From an uncultured Candidatus Saccharibacteria bacterium (GTDB taxonomy: Bacteria > Patescibacteriota > Doudnabacteria > UBA920): a DNA stretch of 60,584 nucleotides. Below the pieces are notes generated by a model, which worked only from the letters and a program-made list of their open reading frames with translations, did not search any database and was not told where the DNA came from. The stretch covers positions 1-60,584 of the forward strand of contig CAYODY010000005.1 in assembly GCA_964402965.1 (NCBI GenBank). Reading direction: 5' to 3'. The position numbers were made by a program, and so were the translations under genes. Below are positions 9,948 to 17,599 of this stretch, piece after piece. The first letter of the stretch is position 1. Each line of letters starts with the position of its first letter.

Positions 9948-9992
9948 GTGTGTTTCCTTTCTTTATGTTCCTATTTAGTTTCCCTATTTAGA

Positions 9993-10301
9993 TTAGCTTT
10001 CAATAATTGCGACTGCCTGTGAGTCTTCATCGTCTGCAACATAGACGATTTTATACTTTTCTTTTTCTCCGCTTTCCCCTGATACTTCAACTTCTGCGAT
10101 TCCATATCCGTTAAATACTACAGTATCCCCTACTTTAATTCCGTATTCTTCAATCAGTTCACCTTTTCCAACCGCAATTACAGTACCTTGGTTTGGTTTT
10201 TCTTTATCTGAATTAGACGGAAGTACAATGCCAGAAGAAGTAACTTCTTCCTGAGAAAGTTGTTTAACTAGTATTCTATTTCCAAGAGGTTTTATTTGCA
10301 T
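9993..10301 (-). CDS. groES: Co-chaperonin GroES
   Basis: IKPLGNRILVK...SGIVLP...G.V.AVG.G. It lies directly upstream of groEL. Confidence 0.93.
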   Translation of the reverse strand: MQIKPLGNRILVKQLSQEEVTSSGIVLPSNSDKEKPNQGTVIAVGKGELIEEYGIKVGDTVVFNGYGIAEVEVSGESGEKEKYKIVYVADDEDSQAVAIIES

Positions 10302-10337
10302 ATAACTCCTTTATTTTAAATTAATTATTAAAATTGA

Positions 10338-10364
10338 TTATCACTCTCATTGTACGAGTGCTAA
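10338..10364. promoter_or_regulatory. CIRCE (HrcA operator) inverted repeat
   Basis: TTATCACTC-N9-GAGTGCTAA matches consensus TTAGCACTC-N9-GAGTGCTAA with one mismatch. It lies in the groES leader and promoter. Confidence 0.85.
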
Positions 10365-10377
10365 CGGTCTTTGTCAA
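10349..10377 (-). promoter_or_regulatory. groES promoter
   Basis: On the minus strand, TTGACA-17 nt-TACAAT. CIRCE overlaps the spacer and the -10 box. Confidence 0.7.
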
Positions 10378-10396
10378 GATTACGATTTTACAACTA

Positions 10397-10405
10397 TGAT
10401 ATACT
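10397..10405 (+). promoter_or_regulatory. Extended -10 (TGaTATACT) 6 nt before the ATG at 10412; leaderless-type
   Basis: tgatatact-gatttt-ATG. Confidence 0.55.
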
Positions 10406-10411
10406 GATTTT

Positions 10412-11230
10412 ATGGATAAGCAAACACAGTTCAATACAGCTTTCAATACAGCCAAAGATTCATACGACACCCAAAAGGGAGCGCAAAACTACCTAGATTT
10501 TCTATCATCAGAAGATGGGAAATTTTATCAAAAAGTTTTACTAGAAACTTTTTTAAATCATTTAAACGAGAACGGAGAAAACAAAACTGACCAAAAAATT
10601 TTAGATGCCGGATGCGGACCTGGATGGATGACTTCAGAGCTACACAAAACTTACAACAACATCCAAGGGTGCGATGGCTCTAGTTTTTTTATTAACCATG
10701 CAAAGGATGAGTATCCACAAATTAAATTTGATCAAGTAGATTTAAATTTGCCACTTCCCTACTCCGATAATGAATTTGGTTCTATCATTTTAAGCATGGC
10801 ATCAGATAACCTAGAAAATCAGGCAGATGCTTTTAAAGAAATGTTTCGTTGTTTGAAACCTAACGGGAAGTTAATGCTCGCAGTTGCAAACCCTTACTAC
10901 GCTTACCCTGTTGGTGTTTGGAAACGTGGTTTTTGGGGACGACTGTTAATGCGAAAACCGAAACTTCTTGTTAAGCCATACCATTGGCTCTCTGGGAAAT
11001 TTAACGCTGCAACCAATGCAGGTGTTAAAAAGCAAGTAACTTACAATAGTAATCTGCGTTTTTACTTCTACACTTTTTCAGAGCTAATAAATAATTTACG
11101 CAAGTCTGGATTAAACTTTGAGAAATTAGAAGAATTAGGAAGCAAAGAAGATAGCGCAAATTACAATATGGAATATCGAATGCATCGTTTTCCAGTGTTA
11201 ATATATTTAGAATTTAAAAAACCAGTATAA
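10412..11230 (+). CDS. Class I SAM-dependent methyltransferase
   Basis: Motif I ILDAGCGPGWMT, plus a post-I acidic residue and a motif II-like region. Confidence 0.7.
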   Translation: MDKQTQFNTAFNTAKDSYDTQKGAQNYLDFLSSEDGKFYQKVLLETFLNHLNENGENKTDQKILDAGCGPGWMTSELHKTYNNIQGCDGSSFFINHAKDEYPQIKFDQVDLNLPLPYSDNEFGSIILSMASDNLENQADAFKEMFRCLKPNGKLMLAVANPYYAYPVGVWKRGFWGRLLMRKPKLLVKPYHWLSGKFNAATNAGVKKQVTYNSNLRFYFYTFSELINNLRKSGLNFEKLEELGSKEDSANYNMEYRMHRFPVLIYLEFKKPV

Positions 11231-11243
11231 TCTGGTTTTTTAA

Positions 11244-12176
11244 TTAGTGTGTTTGTTGTTTAACGAAAAAGTTTTGCAATAAACTTTCATGTTTACTTTG
11301 TGGGTGGAAAGACAGCTGGTCTTCTCTAGTGAAGACGAAAGGTCCTTGGTTAATTCTTTTCTGCTGCCATTTTCCAAGAAAACTTTCTAGCTTTTTACCT
11401 AATGCATTTGTAAAGATTTTCTCAAGGAATTTTTGTAACTTAGATTGTGCTTCAGAAGAAATTTCAGGGAAAGACGCATTTGGATAGAACTGTCGTATCC
11501 AACCTTCATTATTTCTTTGGAATTCATTTATCACCGATGGATACACAACAGGGCGAAGTTTAATGTATTCCATTGCCTGATACAAATTTCTTTCTACATC
11601 CAATTCGCGAGGTTTCGCCAAATAATGATTTAAACAAAATCTATTAGTAATTTTTAAGCCGTGCCGGCGTACTCCAAAAATTTGGAACCAAGCTGAAAGT
11701 AGTGTGCGAGCGGTCCACAAAAAATTTGCGTCGGTAATTATTAGCAAATCGATGTCGCTAGTGGCGCGTTGTTTACCAAGCGCCTGTGACCCTGCCAAAG
11801 CAATTCCTCTAATAAATGGAATGTGTTTTGTGGGGAGTAAAAATCTGCGAATTAATTTTTCACGTTTAATGCCATGAAAATAATTTTTCTGACGTTCATC
11901 TATTAAAACTTCTCTGTGAGGATATGCGTAAAACCCATTCTTTTCTACTAATCTACCGTCATGAGAAAGAATATACAATTGAGTTAAAATAGTATCAAGA
12001 TGAATCTGCGGACTTGTTACTGGCGAAGATTCTGGTACAAGTTCAAACTGCTCGTTTAGTTTTGACCGAAGTGCGGGCATGTCTGCAACCAAATACTTGT
12101 GAATTTCCATTGCTGTAAGAGGCATTTGTTGCAAATCAAAAAAACGTATTGTATCTAAAATTCTCTGAGCAAGCAT
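11244..12176 (-). CDS. Nucleotidyltransferase-domain (Pol-beta superfamily) protein
   Basis: GSQALGKQRATSDIDLLIIT matches the GS...DxD NTase signature. The N-terminal region resembles a winged helix. Confidence 0.6.
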   Translation of the reverse strand: MLAQRILDTIRFFDLQQMPLTAMEIHKYLVADMPALRSKLNEQFELVPESSPVTSPQIHLDTILTQLYILSHDGRLVEKNGFYAYPHREVLIDERQKNYFHGIKREKLIRRFLLPTKHIPFIRGIALAGSQALGKQRATSDIDLLIITDANFLWTARTLLSAWFQIFGVRRHGLKITNRFCLNHYLAKPRELDVERNLYQAMEYIKLRPVVYPSVINEFQRNNEGWIRQFYPNASFPEISSEAQSKLQKFLEKIFTNALGKKLESFLGKWQQKRINQGPFVFTREDQLSFHPQSKHESLLQNFFVKQQTH

Positions 12177-12526
12177 TATAATCCTAAACTTTCTGCCTTT
12201 ACTTCTTCCCAGTCGCCGTATTCATTTTCCTGATACACGCGAACTTTGTGTGAAAATTCTGTATCAGACAGAACATATTCAGTGCGTGCTGTGTCGCCTT
12301 GACGATGAGAATAGTGCTGGATTTTATCTAGCACTACTGGTTTGTTTTCGCGGACAACTTTATAGCGTTCGCCTGTTGTTGGCAGAGTAAACTCAACAAC
12401 ATTTTTTGTTCCACCTTCAACAACTTCTCCACGATCGTCTTCAAAAACCTTTTCCAAACTTATGCCGACATTCTCGAAACGTTCATCGGCAGTTTCTACA
12501 AATTGTTCCCAACGTTCGTCTGTCAT
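12176..12526 (-). CDS. Acidic hypothetical protein, coupled to the NTase gene
   Basis: 116-aa ORF. Its stop codon and the downstream NTase gene's start codon share nt 12176. Confidence 0.5.
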   Translation of the reverse strand: MTDERWEQFVETADERFENVGISLEKVFEDDRGEVVEGGTKNVVEFTLPTTGERYKVVRENKPVVLDKIQHYSHRQGDTARTEYVLSDTEFSHKVRVYQENEYGDWEEVKAESLGL

Positions 12527-12544
12527 TTGTTTATTTAGTTAATG

Positions 12545-12820
12545 CTATTTAGAATATTGTTCTATTAAAGAATCCAAGGATGCACCACTCCCACCACCAG
12601 TCAAACTGTCTATACTGTAAATGGAAGTTAAAGATTTCATTGCAAACGGAATTATGGCAATTGTTGCCAACAATGGAACTACAATTAATGCAACAGTAAT
12701 AATTAACTGCCACTTCATGTAGTTTTTAGTTTTCCGTGTTTGCTCGTATATTTCTTCGAGCATTTGACGGTCGGTTAGCTGTGGTTCAACTATTTGATTT
12801 TGCATCTGATTGTTTTCCAT
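12545..12820 (-). CDS. Small single-pass membrane protein
   Basis: 91 aa with one central hydrophobic helix (WQLIITVALIVVPLLATIAIIPF). Confidence 0.45.
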   Translation of the reverse strand: MENNQMQNQIVEPQLTDRQMLEEIYEQTRKTKNYMKWQLIITVALIVVPLLATIAIIPFAMKSLTSIYSIDSLTGGGSGASLDSLIEQYSK

Positions 12821-12830
12821 TATTTTATTA

Positions 12831-13802
12831 CTACTTCTGGTCTTTTGGACAATAGGCGCTAGTACGCCCGCCCAACTTAATGCTTTTTATTATTGTACCA
12901 CAGACGAGGCACAGCTGATTCTTGCGTCCATACACGTAATGGTGTTTGCCCATACTTCCCCATTTTCCATCTGTTCGAATGAAATCTCCAACACTAGAGC
13001 CTTTATACTTCACACCCATTTTTAAAACAGGTTTAATTTGTTCGAACACGGCGCGTAATTCTTTTTTAGAGAGAGAATCCACTTGGCGATCCGGTGCAAT
13101 TCGCGCATGAAACAAAATTTCATCACTATATATATTTCCAATTCCAACAACCACTTTTGTATCCATTAACGCTAATTTAATTGGAATCTTTTTTCTATTC
13201 TTTAAAGCATTCTCAAAAACTTCAAAAGTGAAATCTTTTTCCAAAGGCTCAGGTCCGTAATTTTTAAACTCCCCTACTTTATCTAAGTCTTTACTGTGAA
13301 CGAGGCGTAAGTATCCAAACTGACGAACATCGTTGTAGTACAAAGTTGAGCCATCTGTGAAATAGAAAACAACGTGCGTATACTTACATGGAAGTTTCAC
13401 TAATGGCGCAGTAACTTTATTTAAAATTTTGTATTTACTCCCCGTCTTTTTTGCCTGAATTTTATCTTCAAATATAAACTGCCCTGTCATTTTTAGATGC
13501 ACTAACATGGTTATTGGCATTGAGCTTGGGCTAGCGTCTACCTTGTTTTTCAATCTAGATAAATTTGATAAATTGAAAATTAGCATTTTCCCACGACGGT
13601 TTACAGACAAAATTTTTCTTCCTGTTAAAAGATTCGCAAATTCATCTACAGTTTTCTGATTTGCTACGCGGATATTACTCACAGTTTGTGGACCAATGCT
13701 AATAATCTTCGCCAAGTGGACAGCGAGACGTTTAATTTGCCGACCTTTAAGACGGGAATTTAATTCAGTAACAACTGTATGTACTTCGGGAAGTTCTGGC
13801 AT
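12831..13802 (-). CDS. mutM: Formamidopyrimidine-DNA glycosylase (Fpg/MutM)
   Basis: Start moved to MPELPEV, the catalytic N-terminal Pro. C-terminal zinc finger CLVCGT...YCPKDQ. Confidence 0.88.
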   Translation of the reverse strand: MPELPEVHTVVTELNSRLKGRQIKRLAVHLAKIISIGPQTVSNIRVANQKTVDEFANLLTGRKILSVNRRGKMLIFNLSNLSRLKNKVDASPSSMPITMLVHLKMTGQFIFEDKIQAKKTGSKYKILNKVTAPLVKLPCKYTHVVFYFTDGSTLYYNDVRQFGYLRLVHSKDLDKVGEFKNYGPEPLEKDFTFEVFENALKNRKKIPIKLALMDTKVVVGIGNIYSDEILFHARIAPDRQVDSLSKKELRAVFEQIKPVLKMGVKYKGSSVGDFIRTDGKWGSMGKHHYVYGRKNQLCLVCGTIIKSIKLGGRTSAYCPKDQK

Positions 13803-13840
13803 AGTTGAATTATGTCTTATTCCTGCCACTCCAGCAAGGT

Positions 13841-13869
13841 TTGACTACTCTAATATTGATAAGTATAAT
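13841..13869 (+). promoter_or_regulatory. Near-consensus sigma-70 promoter
   Basis: TTGACT-17 nt-TATAAT, followed by a 51-nt leader with AGGAGG before the ATG at 13921. Confidence 0.7.
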
Positions 13870-13920
13870 GGCTTTGGTTGTTTAACCATAATTTGCTCAG
13901 AATTATTAGGAGGATATAAA

Positions 13921-14409
13921 ATGAGTATTTTAGAACCGGGGAAAGTTGCACTTTTTATTTCCCAAAGCTCATCAGACACAGAGATTAGCGCTTTCGTTAG
14001 AACAGAAGCAGATGTGCTATACCACTACAAAGTAATAACGACAAGCGGCAACAACATTTTTCAAAGCCAAGAAGGTGCTATATTGACAGATGAAAATAGT
14101 CTAAAAGCTAGATATGTCGTCACTGCAAAAACTACAAACCCTAGAATGCTAAATGAGTTGGCACCATTCTATTACCATAACACCACAGATGATTTTGAAT
14201 GGTATGACCCAAGCGTCAAGCTATCATCAGCATTGTGGCTGGCCTACCTAACCTCATGTGTAGAGAATTCGTACACATCGGCACGGTCCGAAAAAGCTTC
14301 TAGTGAGGTTTTATCTTCGTTGCAACTTTTAAAAGAATATCTGTGTAGAAATCTTACGAAATGGACCAATCAAGAAAGAGCTGTGACGGTCAATTTGATA
14401 AGGTCATAA
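13921..14409 (+). CDS. Hypothetical protein
   Basis: Start moved to MSILEPG, which has AGGAGG upstream. The longer track ORF would overlap fpg. Confidence 0.5.
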   Translation: MSILEPGKVALFISQSSSDTEISAFVRTEADVLYHYKVITTSGNNIFQSQEGAILTDENSLKARYVVTAKTTNPRMLNELAPFYYHNTTDDFEWYDPSVKLSSALWLAYLTSCVENSYTSARSEKASSEVLSSLQLLKEYLCRNLTKWTNQERAVTVNLIRS

Positions 14410-14482
14410 GTTTTCAAAAGCCAAAAAGAGCTGTCTAAAAAGATGGCTTTTATTTTGTCCAAAAGTAAATAAACCCGCTATT

Positions 14483-14491
14483 TGCTATACT
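14483..14491 (+). promoter_or_regulatory. Extended -10 (TGcTATACT) 6 nt before the rel ATG; leaderless-type
   Basis: tgctatact-aaatat-ATG. Confidence 0.55.
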
Positions 14492-14497
14492 AAATAT

Positions 14498-16018
14498 ATG
14501 CAAGATTTCTTCAAATCTATCCCACATAAATTTACTGCAGACGAGAAAGCTTTAATACAAAAAGCTCTAGATTTTGCTACGGTTGCGCACAAAGGTCAAA
14601 AAAGAAAAAGTGGCGAACCTTTTCATACTCATCCTAAATCTGCAGCAATTATTTTAGGGCAAATATTTCCAGACCCAGCAACTATTTGTGCAACTATTCT
14701 CCATGACATTACCGAAGACACAAATACGACTGATGAAACTTTACGCAAAGAATTTGGTGATGAGATTGCATCTTTGGTAGATGGAGTGACCAAGCTTGGA
14801 AAAGTCCGTCTACGAAATAGTACAGATGAATACTACTTGGAAAATTTGCGCAAAATGTTCATGGCTACAAGTAAAGATGTACGCGTAATGTTAGTTAAGC
14901 TTGCGGACAGACTTCATAACATGAAAACAATCTCTGCACTTTCTCCAGTTAAACAACAAAAAATTGCTAGTGAAACTTTAGAAATGTATGCGCCAATTGC
15001 CGCTCGCCTTGGAATTGGAGCTTGGAAAGACGAATTGGAAGATCTTTCGTTCCAGGTAGTTGACCCTGAAAATTACAAAAAAACTGAAGCTCTTTTGAGA
15101 GAAAGACTAGAACAACGTAATTTGAGTACAAAAGCAGTCCAAAAAGAACTTGCGAGTATTTTACGTTTGGAAGGTATTAAATTCCAAAATATCACAGGTC
15201 GCACCAAACGAATATATTCTCTATACAAAAAACTTCAACGCTACGATGGAGATATTTCAAAAATTTACGATAAAGTTGCCCTGAGAATAATTACAAAGTC
15301 TACTTCGGATTGTTACGCCGCATTAGGAATTATTCATAAACATTTTCAACCAATGCCCGGTCGCGTTAAAGACTACATAGCGACACCAAAACCAAATGGT
15401 TACCAAAGTTTACACACCACAGTTTTTGACTACGATGGACGCGCGTTTGAAGTACAAATTCGTACAGACTTAATGCACGAATCTGCAGAACGCGGAATTG
15501 CCGCTCACTGGTTCTATGAAGAACAAGGCAAACCTGAAAAGGCTCAAAAAGGTGCATCTTGGTTTAAAGAACTTCACGCTTGGCAAGAAGAAATGGCAAA
15601 TAATCCCGAAGAATTTCTGGAAACTTTAAAAATAGATTTTTTCCGAGATCGTATTTTCGTACTCACTCCAAAGGGTGATGTAAAAGATTTACCAATGGGT
15701 GCTTCTGTAATTGACTTTGCATTTTCGGTTCATACAGACTTGGGTTACCAAATGATGGGCGCAAAAATTAACGGTAAAATGGGTAAAATTACAGACACAC
15801 TCAAACAAGGAGATGTTGTAGAAATTTTAAAATCTAAAAAGCCAGCAACACCATCGCGCGACTGGCTTGCTGCGGCAAAAACTAGCCACGCCCGTGCACT
15901 AATTCGTAAATATTTAGTAGAACACGATAAAGGAATTTTTCAAAGGGTTCGTGAACTTAAACTACAAGATATCTCCTCTCGCCTACCAGGACTGCCTACA
16001 TTTTTCAGGAAAAAATAA
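14498..16018 (+). CDS. rel: RelA/SpoT homologue (HD hydrolase, synthetase and TGS domains)
   Basis: HD region HTHPKSAAIILG...LHDITEDT. Synthetase region RTKRIYSLYKKL...GYQSLHT. TGS region VLTPKGDVKDLP.GAS.IDFAF.VHTDLG. Confidence 0.9.
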   Translation: MQDFFKSIPHKFTADEKALIQKALDFATVAHKGQKRKSGEPFHTHPKSAAIILGQIFPDPATICATILHDITEDTNTTDETLRKEFGDEIASLVDGVTKLGKVRLRNSTDEYYLENLRKMFMATSKDVRVMLVKLADRLHNMKTISALSPVKQQKIASETLEMYAPIAARLGIGAWKDELEDLSFQVVDPENYKKTEALLRERLEQRNLSTKAVQKELASILRLEGIKFQNITGRTKRIYSLYKKLQRYDGDISKIYDKVALRIITKSTSDCYAALGIIHKHFQPMPGRVKDYIATPKPNGYQSLHTTVFDYDGRAFEVQIRTDLMHESAERGIAAHWFYEEQGKPEKAQKGASWFKELHAWQEEMANNPEEFLETLKIDFFRDRIFVLTPKGDVKDLPMGASVIDFAFSVHTDLGYQMMGAKINGKMGKITDTLKQGDVVEILKSKKPATPSRDWLAAAKTSHARALIRKYLVEHDKGIFQRVRELKLQDISSRLPGLPTFFRKK

Positions 16019-16094
16019 TTATCCATATTCTTCAGAAAAACTTTATTTTTGTTTTATATAGAATTGAACAGTGCTATGCCATACTTGCAAAAGT

Positions 16095-16165
16095 GGGCCT
16101 GGTATGGTTACGAGCGTGGAGTTGACATTCGCGTTTCGGGAGTTCAATCCTCCTCAGGTCCACCA
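16095..16165 (+). ncRNA. Non-canonical tRNA-like element (acceptor stem, T arm, encoded CCA; no D stem)
   Basis: Acceptor gggcctg/caggtcc has 7 bp including one G-U. T arm is gggag-ttcaatc-ctcct, followed by discriminator A and CCA. Only 36 nt lie between acceptor and T arm. There is a weak anticodon-like arm gtgga-gttgaca-ttcgc. Confidence 0.45.
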
Positions 16166-16224
16166 CTTCAGCTTGACAATAGTTCAAGAACATCTTAAAA
16201 TATTCTTAGATGTCAACTCCACGC
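16114..16224. repeat. 15-nt perfect inverted repeat flanking the T arm and CCA
   Basis: GCGTGGAGTTGACAT at 16114-16128 and its exact complement ATGTCAACTCCACGC at 16210-16224. Confidence 0.9.
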
Positions 16225-16250
16225 GGGCTCAAACTATATTGAGACGCAAC

Positions 16251-16276
16251 AAAAAACACCCGCAAGGGTGTTTTTT
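16251..16276. terminator. Bidirectional intrinsic terminator
   Basis: An A6 run, caccc-gcaa-gggtg, then a T6 run. It lies between the tRNA-like locus and the 3' end of ndk. Confidence 0.75.
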
Positions 16277-16295
16277 AATTATACGTTTTTACAAA

Positions 16296-16802
16296 CTATT
16301 TTGTAACTGTATGTTTTGTATACAATGGTTCGTGACTAACTAATTCTTCTGGATCAAACCAAACTGCAATTTCAGTTTTTGCTTCTTCAAGAGTTGCAGA
16401 ACCATGAATTAGGTTGTATAGTTTTGGATCGCTAGTTGAGTCTATGTGCTTGAATGATGCGTGAGCGTAATCTCCACGAATTGTTCCAGGAGCTGAAGAT
16501 TTAGGTTCTGTTGAACCGATCATCTTACGAACAACTTCAACTGCTTCAATACCTTCTAAAACAATTGCCACAATTGGACCAGAAGTTAACATGTCTATCA
16601 TTGCATTACGAACATGTTCACCACGGCGAATTGCTAAATCTTCAGTATAATGTTTACCTGCTCTGTCTGAATTTGGCTGTAGCATTTTCAAGCCAATAAT
16701 TTTCAATCCAACACGTTCGAAGCGTTGTAGAATTTCCCCTACTAAACCTCGTTCTAAAGTATCTGGTTTTAAAAGTACCAAGCTCTGTTCTATTGTTTCC
16801 AT
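16296..16802 (-). CDS. ndk: Nucleoside-diphosphate kinase
   Basis: LVLLKPD...GLVGEI..RFE..GLKI.GLKM and the active-site region NLIHGS. Confidence 0.88.
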   Translation of the reverse strand: METIEQSLVLLKPDTLERGLVGEILQRFERVGLKIIGLKMLQPNSDRAGKHYTEDLAIRRGEHVRNAMIDMLTSGPIVAIVLEGIEAVEVVRKMIGSTEPKSSAPGTIRGDYAHASFKHIDSTSDPKLYNLIHGSATLEEAKTEIAVWFDPEELVSHEPLYTKHTVTK

Positions 16803-16823
16803 AAAATATTTCTATGTGATTAA

Positions 16824-17579
16824 TTATTTGTCAGAAATAACTGCTTTTGAAATTACAACTTTCTCTTTTGGAGTTCCATCTGTTGGACCCATTTGAGGAG
16901 TTATTGGGACTGCACCAATTTTATCTACTACATCTAAGCCAGAAACAACTTTACCAAAAATTGTGTAATTATGTGGAAGTTGATTATCCGCTAACATAAT
17001 GAAAAATTGACTTGAGTTTGTGTTAGGACCACGGTTTGCCATTGCTAGTACACCATGCTTGTAACCTTCTTTTGCACTTGGAGTGTTTGGATCTAATTCA
17101 TCTTCAAAATCTTCACCAAAAGCACTTTGACCACCTGTACCTGTTCCAGTTGGATCACCACCCTGAATTACAAAACCTTTTGCAATACGGTGGAAAGTTA
17201 GACAATCGTAGTATCCGCTGTTAGTAAGACGCAAAAAGTTCTCTACTGCTTTTGGAGCATCTTTGTCGTAAAGTTGAACTTTAATGTCTCCAAAATTTTC
17301 TACTGATAGAGTTACAAATTGATTTTTGATATTGATAGGTTGCAACATAAGTTTATCGTTTACATTTCTTGAACAGCCAGCATCTGCTGTACTCTTCTGA
17401 TTATTAGCTTGATCTTGTGTAGAATTGCTGTTTGAATTCTGATCTTCAGTTTCAGAAGTACTTGTTTGAGAAGTTTCATCTTTTACTTCTGTGTTCTGAT
17501 TCCTGGAAAGTGTCCAAAGAATACCTCCACCGACCAAAACTATAACTAAGATTATCGTTACCCAATGGTATGTTTTCAT
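16824..17579 (-). CDS. Membrane-anchored cyclophilin-type peptidyl-prolyl isomerase
   Basis: FHRIAKGFVIQGGDPTGTGTGG and MANRGPNTNSSQFFI, with an N-terminal TM helix. Confidence 0.88.
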   Translation of the reverse strand: MKTYHWVTIILVIVLVGGGILWTLSRNQNTEVKDETSQTSTSETEDQNSNSNSTQDQANNQKSTADAGCSRNVNDKLMLQPINIKNQFVTLSVENFGDIKVQLYDKDAPKAVENFLRLTNSGYYDCLTFHRIAKGFVIQGGDPTGTGTGGQSAFGEDFEDELDPNTPSAKEGYKHGVLAMANRGPNTNSSQFFIMLADNQLPHNYTIFGKVVSGLDVVDKIGAVPITPQMGPTDGTPKEKVVISKAVISDK

Positions 17580-17599
17580 ATGTTTTTATTGATTATTTT

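Noticed and set aside
13696-13920. N-terminal extension of the 13696-14409 ORF
   Set aside because: It overlaps the fpg 5' end on the other strand and contains a consensus promoter (13841-13869) plus AGGAGG before the internal ATG at 13921.
16095-16165. tmRNA (ssrA), one-piece or permuted
   Set aside because: The 5' GGGCCUG...UUACGAG and the T arm with ACCA resemble a tmRNA tRNA-like domain. However, both acceptor strands lie within 71 nt. There is no room for pseudoknots, no resume codon and no tag ORF ending in a hydrophobic tail nearby. The gene order does not fit the known permuted form. It is kept only as an unclassified tRNA-like element.
16095-16245. SRP (4.5S) RNA
   Set aside because: TCAGGTCC resembles part of the SRP domain IV motif. 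The GGAA tetraloop and the following GGAAGCAGC block are absent on both strands.
16071-16343. 90-aa plus-strand ORF from the ORF track
   Set aside because: It spans the tRNA-like element, the 15-nt inverted repeat and the bidirectional terminator, and runs into ndk antisense. It is non-coding.
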